Of a DNA stretch of 64,000 bases, positions 8,501-17,850 are shown piece by piece. The notes beneath the pieces were generated by a model, which saw nothing but the letters and a program-made list of their open reading frames with translations, did no database searches and was not told where the DNA came from. Made by a program: the position numbers and the translations under genes. This stretch comes from Pseudomonadota bacterium (GTDB lineage Bacteria; Myxococcota_A; UBA9042; CAIXZC01): NCBI GenBank assembly GCA_043815665.1, contig JBDRIT010000251.1:2818-66817 (forward strand). The letters are read 5' to 3'. The stretch's first letter is position 1; each line of letters begins with the position of its first letter.

Positions 8501-11095
8501 GGCGACGCGTGCGAGTGGGACCCGGACGGGGACGGGGTCGGCGTCGGCGACAACTGCCCGCTGCACGCGAACCCATCACAGGCCGACGCAGACGAGGACG
8601 GCGCAGGGGATGCGTGCGACGGGGATGACGACAACGACGGTCTCCCCGACGATTCTGACAATTGCACCACCACACCGAACCCGGACCAGGCCGATCTGGA
8701 CGGTGACGGCCAGGGGGACGCGTGCGACGGCGACGACGACGGTGACGGCGTCCCGGATGGTTCAGACAACTGCCCGGCGGTCGCGAACAGTGTCACACCC
8801 GGCGAGGCCCAGCCCGACACGGACGGCGACGGACAAGGGAACGCGTGCGACACGGACGACGACGGGGACAGCGTCCCTGACGGTGCGGATCACTGCCCCC
8901 TCGTCCACGATCCCCTGAACATCGACACAGACGGGGACGGCCTGGGGGACGCGTGCGACGGCGACGACGACGACGACGGGCTCCAGGACGTGGCGGATAG
9001 CTGCCCCGCTGTATACAACCCGGACCAGGAGGACGCGGACGGGGACGGCATCGGCGACGCGTGCGATGGTGACGACGACGGGGACGGAGTCCCGGATGGT
9101 GCGGACAACTGCCCGTCCGCAGCGAACCTGGGCCAGTTGGACACGGACGGGGACGGTGCGGGCGACGTATGCGATTCTGACGATGACAATGACACGATCC
9201 TCGACCCCATGGACAACTGCCCCCTCGCCGCGAACCCGGACCAGATGGACGCGGACGGTGATGGGGTCGGCGATGCATGTGCCGCAGACGACGACGGCGA
9301 CGGGGTCGCTGACTCAGTGGACAACTGCCCCCTGGTTGCGAACCCGTCCCAATCGAACGTGGATGGAGACGTCGCGGGCGACGCGTGCGACGACGACGAC
9401 GACGGCGACGGCGACCCGGACGGGACCGACTGCGCACCTCTCGATTCCTCGATGCACCACGGCGCGGCAGAGGCCTGCAACGGAGAAGACGACAACTGCG
9501 ACGGCGTCACCGATCCCCAGGACGCGTCCGGCTGCGTGGACTACTACCGGGACTTCGACGACGACGGCTGGGGCGTCGTGGGGGACACCCTCTGCCTCTG
9601 CGGAGTCTTCGACCCGTACACCACGACGAAGTCCGGAGACTGCCACGACGCGAACCCGGCGGTGCACCCGGAGGCGGGAGAGAACTGCGACACGGTCTAC
9701 GACGACGACTGCGACGGCGCCACCAACGAGGACGGCGCGGCGAACTGTAACCTGTACTACCTGGATGCGGACGGGGACGGTTACGGGCACCTGACGGACA
9801 AGATGTGTCTCTGTGCGCCGAGCGGATTCTACTGCGAGCAGAACAACATGGATTGCGACGACGGAAACGGCCTGGTGCACCCGGGGGTGCCGGAGCAATG
9901 TCCGGCCTCCATCGACTATGATTGCGACGGGAACGGCAACGAGGAGAACGCGCTGGGCTGCGGCTGGTATTACTACGACGGAGACGAGGACGGCCACGGC
10001 CATCCGTCGAATCGAAAGTGCTTTTGCGCGCCGGTCCCAGCGATCAAGTACGACACGACCACCAATGACGACTGCAACGACGGAAACGGACAGATCTATC
10101 CCGGGGCGACCGAGAAATGCCCCGCCTCGGTGGACTACGACTGCGACGGGAACGGGAACGAGGAAGGCGCGACCAACTGCAGTTGGTTCTACTTCGACGG
10201 CGATGAAGACGGTCACGGGCACCCCACGAACAAGAAGTGCTTCTGCGCCGCGGTGCCGGCAATCAAGTACGACGTGACCATCAACGACGACTGCAATGAC
10301 GGGAACGGGCAGATCTATCCCGGGGCGACCGAGAAATGTCCTGCCTCCGTGGACTACGACTGCGACGGGAACGGGAACGAGGAAGGTGCGACCGGCTGCA
10401 CCTGGTTCTACTACGACGGCGACGGCGACGACTACGGTCATCCGACCAATAAAAAGTGCTACTGCGCACCCAGCGGGCTCTACAACGAGACAGACAACCT
10501 CGACTGCAACGACACCTGCTCCACCATGCACCCCGGCCTGCCCGAGACCTGCGCCACGCCGTACGACGACAACTGCGACGGCAAAACCGGCATGTTCGAG
10601 CAGGCCATCGGCTGCCAGAACTACTACCAGGACAAGGACGGGGACGGATGGGGCGGGGGTCCCCCCCGTTGCCTGTGCCCGAACTCGCCGGACACGAAGA
10701 AGGCACTGGGCGGGAAGTGGACCGTCACAAAGGGCGGGGACTGCTGCGACATATCGGGAGCGGCTCACGTCTACCCCGGGGCCGGGTTCTCCACGTCCGA
10801 CAACCCGTGTGTGCCCAATGATACCTGGGTGGAGCGTTGGGACCTGAACTGCGATGGAGTTGTCGAGAAGCAGTATTCGAGCATGTGGGGCTGTTCTCAT
10901 GAGGCAGGCTGTTGCTGCTATCTTATCAAATGTGAAGCATGGTCGGGATGGGCTGGGAGCGGAATTCCGGAATGCGGAGTCACCGATACTTGGGGCGAGT
11001 GGTATAACGGATCATGCAGTTATTGGTGGAATTTCGGGTGTATTTCCTCATGCTGGCTGGCAACCCCGACACAGAACCAACAAAGATGCCGGTGA
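5570..11095 (+). CDS. Giant lipoprotein (1841 aa). Order of parts: lipoprotein signal, conserved N-terminal Cys-rich module, ~70 TSP3 repeats, ~9 MopE-like repeats, Cys/Trp-rich C-terminal module.
   Basis: N-terminus MMRFGYRQGVAALVLLCVFASC has a hydrophobic core plus a lipobox-like Cys. The N-terminal module (FGCPCDTDDECIHGFC...PRFPRLCRPC...NEWGTCDG...DDDCNG) recurs in four genes of this window. TSP3 and MopE-like motifs are read directly from the translation. Confidence 0.85.
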   Translation: MMRFGYRQGVAALVLLCVFASCSPDKADRDPGTDADRGDLPGVFEVVIGGDGVPDHGSSDTGVVPGMDTPGWPDVAPDCQAGVGGFGCPCDTDDECIHGFCFETPEGEVCSQTCLTECPDGWTCELVCAGESCQYVCVPRFPRLCRPCASHEDCQDVLGGGDDLCVSAGSMDAGSFCGGGCDGDGGCPAGFVCVPIGVDAATGQCILEAGECGCTDWYAEQEIWTPCSKENEWGTCDGVRTCGPEGLTPCDAPAPVAEVCNLTDDDCNGAVDDIAAQTCVLENEYGGTEGQLVCIDGEAVCLPDEVPAAEVCDGLDNDLDGATDEGFPDTDGDEDADCVDGDDDDDGITDGEDVCPLLSNPDQADNDLDTWGDACDPDDDNDGIEDGEDCAPFLPWIYPGAIEVCDGWDNDCDDKIDEGFSDADDDGTPDCLETDDDDDGVPDDVDNCPIVANPGQENLDGDQTGDACDPDVDGDGVINEADLCPTLPNPDQADFPDSDGIGNACDDDDDGDGVTDDEDNCPLESNPGQGDMDGDGLGDACEADMDGDGIADGADNCPEVPNPTQVDADGDWIGDACDADADNDGIPDDGDNCPLVFNPGQLNNDTDPWGDACDDDDDDDGYPDPFDNCPLTDNPLQTNMDNDAWGNACDDDDDNDGVPDGEDNCPWIPNPNQADANNDGTGDACSGDMDGDGVPDGQDNCSDVPNPDQADADGDVLGDACDKDDDDDGVPDTEDNCQLVPNGPGIAPPQGDQGDTDGDGQGDACDADDDNDGVLDEVDNCPFDANPDQTDLDDDLLGNACDKDDDNDGLKDGVDNCPFVPNPGQEDEDGDGIGDACDGDADGDGVPDESDNCLWVPNPTQDNNDGDGAGDACDDDDDNDGVIADADNCPFGPNPGQENSDTDGIGDACDDDLDNDGVPDASDNCPWVANPLQADTDGDGLGNTCDDDDDGDLIPDVVDNCVLTFNPYQEDADGDGIGDACEWDPDGDGVGVGDNCPLHANPSQADADEDGAGDACDGDDDNDGLPDDSDNCTTTPNPDQADLDGDGQGDACDGDDDGDGVPDGSDNCPAVANSVTPGEAQPDTDGDGQGNACDTDDDGDSVPDGADHCPLVHDPLNIDTDGDGLGDACDGDDDDDGLQDVADSCPAVYNPDQEDADGDGIGDACDGDDDGDGVPDGADNCPSAANLGQLDTDGDGAGDVCDSDDDNDTILDPMDNCPLAANPDQMDADGDGVGDACAADDDGDGVADSVDNCPLVANPSQSNVDGDVAGDACDDDDDGDGDPDGTDCAPLDSSMHHGAAEACNGEDDNCDGVTDPQDASGCVDYYRDFDDDGWGVVGDTLCLCGVFDPYTTTKSGDCHDANPAVHPEAGENCDTVYDDDCDGATNEDGAANCNLYYLDADGDGYGHLTDKMCLCAPSGFYCEQNNMDCDDGNGLVHPGVPEQCPASIDYDCDGNGNEENALGCGWYYYDGDEDGHGHPSNRKCFCAPVPAIKYDTTTNDDCNDGNGQIYPGATEKCPASVDYDCDGNGNEEGATNCSWFYFDGDEDGHGHPTNKKCFCAAVPAIKYDVTINDDCNDGNGQIYPGATEKCPASVDYDCDGNGNEEGATGCTWFYYDGDGDDYGHPTNKKCYCAPSGLYNETDNLDCNDTCSTMHPGLPETCATPYDDNCDGKTGMFEQAIGCQNYYQDKDGDGWGGGPPRCLCPNSPDTKKALGGKWTVTKGGDCCDISGAAHVYPGAGFSTSDNPCVPNDTWVERWDLNCDGVVEKQYSSMWGCSHEAGCCCYLIKCEAWSGWAGSGIPECGVTDTWGEWYNGSCSYWWNFGCISSCWLATPTQNQQRCR
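6560..9410 (+). repeat. Intragenic TSP3 repeat array (~70 units) in gene 5570..11095.
   Basis: Same motif periodicity. Approximate boundaries estimated from the translation. Confidence 0.75.
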
Positions 11096-14000
11096 GTAAT
11101 ATAATACAAAAGACGCAGGGCGGCTCCGTCCAACGGTCGGTCTCCCGCGGGCTCGACCCCAAGTCGGCATCGCCCTGGCCTGGACAGCGACTCTTCGTTG
11201 CTTTGATGCTGCTGTCATGGGTTGGATGCATGAGGCCGATATCACCGGACAATGAGATCACCTCGGATTCAATTGGATTCGACACCATCCTTGAGGCTGG
11301 TATACCGGATTTCGCCATGCTTGATTGCGGGATTCCGGATGCCTATTCGGAGATGGAATTCCCAATCGATGCCCTGTCCGAGCACAACGAGGGACAGGAT
11401 TTCTTTGCAGCCGACGGTTTGCCTCTCGAGTGCCCGGGCGGCTTTCGCTGCCCCTGTGACGTCAATGATGAGTGCGACAGTGGATACTGTGTGGAAACAC
11501 CGGACGGGAAGCGCTGTACCCGGATCTGCATGGAGGGCTGTCCCCCGGCCCACCTCTGCATGACCGTGGAAGAAACCTGCCCGGACTGCGTGCAGATCTG
11601 TGTGCCCGCGTTTCCGGAGCTCTGCCGGCCCTGCTCCAATGACGCGGAGTGCGGGTCCATGATCCAGGACCTGGACAACCGGTGCCTCCCCCTCGGCGGG
11701 CCGGAACAGGGGAGCTTCTGCGGCGGGGACTGCTCCGGTGCAGCGACCTGCCCTGATGGCCACTCCTGCGTCGAGGTGGAGGCGCTGGCGGGGAACCTGG
11801 TGCAGCAATGCGTTCCTGACGATGCCACTTGCGAATGTACCGGAAAGTACATCGAGGAGGGCGCCTCGACCTCCTGCCAGCAGGTGAACGAGCACGGGGC
11901 CTGCCCGGGGCAGAGGGTGTGTGTAGCGGACGGCCTGAGCCCCTGCGACGCGCCCGCTGCCGAGGCCGAGATCTGCGACGCGTTCGACAACGACTGTTCG
12001 GGCGTCGTGGACGACGTCTCGCCGAAGGTGTGCGTCCTCGATAACGTCTACGGCGCCTGCGAAGGACACACCGAGTGCACCGGCGGTCAGGAGATCTGCG
12101 TCGGCAAGGTCCCGACCGGCGAAGCCTGCGATCTTCTGGACAACGACTGCGACGGCGAGACCGACGAGGTCTGCGCGGACCTGGACGGGGACGGCACGCC
12201 GGATCTCCTGGATCCGGATGACGACGGCGACGGGATCCCGGAGGACGGTGGCGGGAGCGGGATCGACGGTGACGCCCCCTGCGACGACGGCCAGACGGCA
12301 GGCTGCGACGACAACTGCCCCGTCACTCCGAACGACGGGCAGGTGGACACGGACGGGGACGGGTTCGGGAACGCGTGTGACGGCGACGACGACAACGACG
12401 GGGATCCGGACGAGAGCGATTGTGCCTCCTTGGTTTCGAGCATCAGCGTGAACGGCTTCGAGGTCTGTAACGGGATCGACGACGACTGTGACGGGAAGGC
12501 GGATGAGGGCTTCGTCGATACGGACGTGGACGGCGTCGCGGACTGTGTGGACGAGGATACGGACGGGGACGACGTCCTCGACGGCATGGACAACTGCGCG
12601 GCGGTGTCGAACAAGGGTCAGGAGGACTTCGACGGGGATGGGGAGGGGGACGCTTGCGACCCGGACGCGGACGGGGACTTCGTGCTTGATACCATTGACA
12701 ACTGCCTGTTCTTTCTCGCCAACGCGCAGACCGACACCGACGACGACGGCCAGGGCGATCCCTGCGATCCGGACGACGACGGGGACGATGTCATGGATGT
12801 CGAGGACAACTGTCCCCTTGAGGAGAACCCCGAACAGGCGGACGAGGACCTGGACGGGTACGGCGATGTCTGCGACTTCGATCTGGATGGCGATAACATC
12901 GTCAACGCGGCAGACAACTGTCCCGGGGATACCAATTGGGATCAGGCGGACTTCGACGAGGACGGCCTCGGGGATCCCTGCGACCCGGACGCGGACGGCG
13001 ACGGCGCGCTGGACGGAACGGACAACTGCCCGATGCTGCCGAACCCGGGCCAGGAGGACTTCGAAGGGGACGGCCTCGGTGACCCCTGCGACTCGGACGA
13101 CGACAATGACCTGATCCCGGACGTGGTGGACAACTGCGTCTACCAGATCAACCCAAAGCAGGTGGACTCGGACTTCGACAACGAGGGGGACGAGTGCGAC
13201 GCCGATGACGACAACGACGGCGTGCTTGACGGGTCGGACAACTGCCCGACGGTCCCGAACCCGGACCAGGCGAATGCGAACGGGACCGGCCCCGGGGATG
13301 CGTGCGAGGGGGACGCAGACGGGGACGGGCTCCCCTTCGAGGATGACAACTGCCCACTGGTCTTCAATCCGGGCCAGGAGGACCTGGACGGGGACTCGTC
13401 GGGAGACGCATGCGACCCGGACGATGACGGGGACGAGGTGGCGGACGTCCTCGACAACTGCCCCCATACGCCCAACGGCTATGGCTGGGGCGGGGACGGG
13501 CAGACCGACACGGACGGGGATGGGGACGGGGATGCGTGCGACGACGACGACGACGACGACGGCGTGTCCGATGAAGAGGACAACTGTCCCGCGGTCAAGA
13601 ACTCCGATCAGGAGGACAATGAAGGAGACGGCCTGGGGGACGCATGCGATCCCGACGACGACGATGACGGCGTCAAGGACAACGCGGACAATTGTCCGGT
13701 GACCGGGAACCCGAACCAGGAGGACGTCGACGGGGACGGCCTCGGAGACGCGTGTGAGGATGATCCGGATGGGGATGGCATCCCGAATGAGATGGACAAC
13801 TGTCCGGAGACCTGGAACCCGGACCAGACCAACACTGATCTCATCTGGGAGAACCAACCGGGGAGTGGTGTGGTGGCCGACGCCCTGGGGGACGCGTGCG
13901 ACCCGGACGATGACAACGACGGCTGGGGCGATTTCCAGGACAACTGCCCTGTGGTCCCGAACCCGGCTCAGCAGAACCAGGACCAGGACGGCCTGGGGGA

Positions 14001-15438
14001 CGCGTGCGACCCGGATGATGACAACGACGGGATCCCGGACGTGTCGGACGTCTGCGTATGGATCCCGGACCCGGAGCAGCAGGATCTCGACGGGGACGGT
14101 CTGGGGGATGCATGTGATCCGGACGACGACGACGACGGCTGGGGCGACCTCCAGGACAACTGCCCGTTCACGTGGAACCCGGAGCAGATTGACCTGGACG
14201 GCGATGGTACTGGCGATGCCTGCGAGTGGGATCCGGACAACGACGGTGTCGGCGGTGACGTGGACAACTGCCCCTTGACTCCGAACTCGGGGCAGAAGGA
14301 CACTGACGGCGACGGTGTTGGTGATGCCTGCCAGGAGGACGACGACGCGGACGGCCTCGCGGACGACGTTGACAACTGCCCCTTGGCCGAAAACCCGGAG
14401 CAGGACGATCTGGATGGCGACGGGCTCGGCGATCTCTGCGACATCGATCGCGACGGGGACGGCCTCTCGAATGATTTCGACAACTGTCCGGATCTCATCA
14501 ACGGGGAGCAGGCAGATACCGATAGCGACGGCTTCGGAAACATGTGTGACGCGGACGACGACGACGACGGGGTCGAGGATGCCGTGGACAATTGCCCTCT
14601 CGTGAAAAACTCCGACCAGGAGAACCTGGACGGCGATGCATTGGGGGATGCCTGCGATCCGGATGACGACGGGGACTCGATCCCGAGTTTGCTGGACAAC
14701 TGCCCCGACACCACGAACCCCGACCAGATGGACCTCGACGGCGATGGAGCAGGGGACCTCTGCGACGACGATGATGATGGAGATGGTTCAGAGGACGTAT
14801 CCGACAATTGCCCGACCACCCCGAACCCCGGGCAGGAGGACCTGGACGACGACGGGGCGGGGAACCACTGCGACGATGACGACGACGGGGACGGGGTCTC
14901 GGATCTCGTGGACAACTGTCCCTGGACGCCAGGCGCCGACCAGTCGGACCTGGACGGCGACGGGCTGGGAGATGCGTGCGACGCGGACGATGACAATGAC
15001 GGGTTCCCGGACGTTGAAGACAACTGCCCGGAGACGGCGAACTGGAGCCAGGGGGACCTGGACGGCGACGGAATGGGCGACGGATGCGATCCGGATGACG
15101 ACGGGGACGGTGACCCGGATGTGACAGACTGCATGCCGCAGGAGCCGACGGTCCATCACGACGCGGCCGAGGTGTGCAATGGGCAGGACGACGACTGCGA
15201 CCAGTTCATTGATGAGGCAGGAGCAGGCGGCTGCACGACTTGGTGGAAAGATATCGACGCGGATGGATATGGAGTTTCGGGTGACACGATGTGCCGCTGT
15301 TCCAAGTTCTTTCCCTACACAGCGACCCAAGACGGGGACTGCGACGACTTCGACCCCTGGATGCATCCGGGTGCACCTGAAGTCTGTGGCAACTTCAAAG
15401 ACGATGATTGTGACCAGTCCGCAGACGAGGGGTGTTGA
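11086..15438 (+). CDS. Giant lipoprotein paralog (~1450 aa): signal with lipobox, N-terminal Cys-rich module, TSP3 repeat array, MopE-like repeats.
   Basis: Start chosen at ATG 11086 (MPVSNIIQKTQ...RLFVALMLLSWVGC). This gives a charged n-region plus a hydrophobic core ending in Cys. It overlaps the stop of the previous gene by 10 nt, which suggests translational coupling. The long ORF technically opens at 11014. Alternative starts are GTG 11092 or ATG 11206. Same conserved N-module (GFRCPCDVNDECDSGYC...AFPELCRPC...). Confidence 0.75.
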   Translation: MPVSNIIQKTQGGSVQRSVSRGLDPKSASPWPGQRLFVALMLLSWVGCMRPISPDNEITSDSIGFDTILEAGIPDFAMLDCGIPDAYSEMEFPIDALSEHNEGQDFFAADGLPLECPGGFRCPCDVNDECDSGYCVETPDGKRCTRICMEGCPPAHLCMTVEETCPDCVQICVPAFPELCRPCSNDAECGSMIQDLDNRCLPLGGPEQGSFCGGDCSGAATCPDGHSCVEVEALAGNLVQQCVPDDATCECTGKYIEEGASTSCQQVNEHGACPGQRVCVADGLSPCDAPAAEAEICDAFDNDCSGVVDDVSPKVCVLDNVYGACEGHTECTGGQEICVGKVPTGEACDLLDNDCDGETDEVCADLDGDGTPDLLDPDDDGDGIPEDGGGSGIDGDAPCDDGQTAGCDDNCPVTPNDGQVDTDGDGFGNACDGDDDNDGDPDESDCASLVSSISVNGFEVCNGIDDDCDGKADEGFVDTDVDGVADCVDEDTDGDDVLDGMDNCAAVSNKGQEDFDGDGEGDACDPDADGDFVLDTIDNCLFFLANAQTDTDDDGQGDPCDPDDDGDDVMDVEDNCPLEENPEQADEDLDGYGDVCDFDLDGDNIVNAADNCPGDTNWDQADFDEDGLGDPCDPDADGDGALDGTDNCPMLPNPGQEDFEGDGLGDPCDSDDDNDLIPDVVDNCVYQINPKQVDSDFDNEGDECDADDDNDGVLDGSDNCPTVPNPDQANANGTGPGDACEGDADGDGLPFEDDNCPLVFNPGQEDLDGDSSGDACDPDDDGDEVADVLDNCPHTPNGYGWGGDGQTDTDGDGDGDACDDDDDDDGVSDEEDNCPAVKNSDQEDNEGDGLGDACDPDDDDDGVKDNADNCPVTGNPNQEDVDGDGLGDACEDDPDGDGIPNEMDNCPETWNPDQTNTDLIWENQPGSGVVADALGDACDPDDDNDGWGDFQDNCPVVPNPAQQNQDQDGLGDACDPDDDNDGIPDVSDVCVWIPDPEQQDLDGDGLGDACDPDDDDDGWGDLQDNCPFTWNPEQIDLDGDGTGDACEWDPDNDGVGGDVDNCPLTPNSGQKDTDGDGVGDACQEDDDADGLADDVDNCPLAENPEQDDLDGDGLGDLCDIDRDGDGLSNDFDNCPDLINGEQADTDSDGFGNMCDADDDDDGVEDAVDNCPLVKNSDQENLDGDALGDACDPDDDGDSIPSLLDNCPDTTNPDQMDLDGDGAGDLCDDDDDGDGSEDVSDNCPTTPNPGQEDLDDDGAGNHCDDDDDGDGVSDLVDNCPWTPGADQSDLDGDGLGDACDADDDNDGFPDVEDNCPETANWSQGDLDGDGMGDGCDPDDDGDGDPDVTDCMPQEPTVHHDAAEVCNGQDDDCDQFIDEAGAGGCTTWWKDIDADGYGVSGDTMCRCSKFFPYTATQDGDCDDFDPWMHPGAPEVCGNFKDDDCDQSADEGC
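12180..15110 (+). repeat. Intragenic TSP3 repeat array in gene 11086..15438.
   Basis: Same motif periodicity. Approximate boundaries. Confidence 0.75.
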
Positions 15439-15459
15439 GGGAGGTAGCCAGGTTCAGGC

Positions 15460-17850
15460 TTACGGTAGAATCCGGCCGACGATGGAGCCGCCGTCGCCGT
15501 CCTGGTTGTCGGAGCGCCAGAGGATGGCGTACTCCGCGCCGGGGAGGGGGACGATCACGGGGCTGCTCTGATCGCCGGCGAAGTAGATGTTGCCCAGGAA
15601 GTCGTGGCCGTCCGTCGTGAAGTTGGCGTTGTAGTGCTGGAACTTCACCGAGGAGGCGGCCTCGTCCTCGCCGATGGTCTTCCAGCCGGCGAGGAGGGTG
15701 TCGTCGCTGAGGTAGGCGAGGGCCGGAATGGACTGCTCGTTCGCGGTGATCACGTTGATCTTGAACTCTCCCGCCACCGGGCCGCCCAGGTTGTCGAACC
15801 GCTGCGCGTAGATCCCGTAGTTGGACCCGTCCTGGTTCAGGGAGCGCCACGCCACGACGAAGTTGCCCTGGCTGTCCGCTGTGACCGCGGGCTGGGACTG
15901 GACGTTGGCCGTGGTCGTGTTGACCTTGAAGGGCTGGCCCTGCTTGGTGCAGGTGGCGCTCAGTCGCTGCGCGTAGATGCCCCAGTTGTCCCCGTCCTCG
16001 TTCTTGGACTCCCATACCACGATGTATCGGGAGGGGCCCGCGGGCAGGGCGGCGACCGCGGGGCTCTGCTGATCACTGGCCGTCAGGGTGTTGACCACGA
16101 ACTCCGCCCCGAGGGGGTTGTCCGCGGCGCTGAAGCAGCGGGCGACCACGTCGTAGGTGGCGCCCGGGGTCTGCTCGAAGGAGGTCCAGACCAGCGCGAA
16201 CGCGCCGTCCGCGCCCTGGGTGCGGTCCACCGCGATGGACGGCTGGTACTGCTCGTAGTCGGTCACCTGGTTCGCCTGGGTCTCGTCCCCGTCGGGGGTG
16301 CCGTCCGCGGCGAAGCGGCGGAAGAAGACCCCCTCCACGTCACCGTCCTGGCCGAAGGACTCCCAGGCCACCACAAAGCCGCCGCCGCTGTCCGAGGCGA
16401 TCACGGGAGCGTTCTGCCAGCCCTCGAGGGTCTCGTTCATGGTGAACTCGCTCCCGATGGGCTCCCCGGCGGTGTCGAAGCGGCGGCCCTTGATGTCGAT
16501 GTCCGTGGCGCTGACCGCGCTCTCCCAGGTCACCACGTAGCCGTCGTCGGCCTGGTTCGTTGCCGCGGGCTCCGACTGGTCGTTCTCGGTCCCGGAGTTC
16601 TGGATGCGCTCCTCGCTGTCGGTCAGGGCCTCCCCGTTCGCGTCGTACTTGCGGGCATAGACGTGGGCGTCGCTGCCGCGCCACCCGAGGACGGCCTCCT
16701 CGCTCTCGAGGACCTTGACCTTCACGTCGGTCTGGTTTCCGCTGGTGTTGACGTTGACCAGCTTCTCGTTGCCGATGGGCACCGCGTTCTTGGTGAAGAA
16801 CTGGGCGAAGATGCCCCGTCCCGAGGGATCCGCGCCTTCCCAGGCGACCACGAAGGAGCCCGCCAGGTCATACGCGCCCACGTCGGGGAGGGTCTCATTG
16901 CCGGAGTCGGAGGTGTTCACCGCTACCTCCACCGGAGAGACGGGGTTCCCGTCCTTCTTGAAGATCCGGGCCACGATGTCCTGGTCGCCGCCCGCGCTGG
17001 TCTCCCAGGCCACCACGAACCGTCCGTTGATGTAGGTGTCCACCGTGGGCCAGGTCTGGTTGCCTGCGGCGTTGGAGATGGTGATCTGGCTGCCGTCGGG
17101 GTCTCCGGTGGGGGTGTAGAGCTGGCCGAAGAGATCCGCGCCGTTGGACCAGATGATGATGATGCTGTCGTCGTTGTGCGCAGCCACGTCGAAGCCCTGC
17201 CAGTTGGAGCCCAGGGTCCCCCAGTCCTTGATCTTCGTCCCCGCGGCGTTGTAGATGTGGCCCATGATCGCCGCGCCCACCTGCCAGAGGATGACCGTGT
17301 TCCCGCCCGGTGTGGCCGCGACCGCGACGCGGCCGAAGGGGTTGGTGTAGGTGTACTGTGCCTGGGACGAGCATTGATAGGACCAGGAGGCGCTGTCGTT
17401 GTCCTCGTAGACGGTGACCTGCTTGGTCATCGAATCCAGGGTGTTGAACCAGCGCAGGTAGATCCGCTCCTCCCGGAGCTTCGAGCCCGAGTACTTGGTG
17501 AAGCTGTGGTGGTTGGAACTCGAGTAGGGATAGCAGTTCCCGCTCTGGCAGGCGCTGCTGCTGTTGTGGCAGGTCGCGCTGGTCTGGCTGAACGCGATCT
17601 TCCGGTGGACGAAACCGGCCACGTACGCTCCGGCGGTGAGCCCGTCCGCGTCCACCTCGAGATCGTCGATCCCGCCATCGTAGGACGTGTACTCGGTCCA
17701 CTCCTTGGACCAGGTGTCGGTGTAGCTGCGGGCGTAGTACCGGTCCTGGCTGCTGTCGTTCCAGAGGAGTGCGTAGCGTCCGTCGCCGTGGTCCGCGATG
17801 GCCGGCTTGAAGTTGTCCGCGGTGGTGTGGAAGGTCGAGACCTTGAATTC
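15460..17850 (-). repeat. About 13 tandem ~55-aa repeats of unknown type forming the C-terminal 800 aa of gene 15460..21493. Consensus roughly QxxPxVAxxxxGxFVVAWxSxxQDGxxxGIFAQRFxxxGxPxGxEFxVNTxT.
   Basis: Repeated segments such as QSQPAVTADSQGNFVVAWRSLNQDGSNYGIYAQRFDNLGGPVAGEFKINVIT, QQSPAVAALPAGPSRYIVVWESKNEDGDNWGIYAQRL and GRFVVAWETSAGGDQDIVARIF are read directly from the translation. Confidence 0.7.

Noticed and set aside
5426-10900. Minus-strand ORFs 5426..8566 (1046 aa), 5734..6720, 7780..8853 and 9314..10900 opposite gene 5570..11095.
   Set aside because: Same antisense-shadow composition. The plus-strand frame carries the coherent repeat protein.
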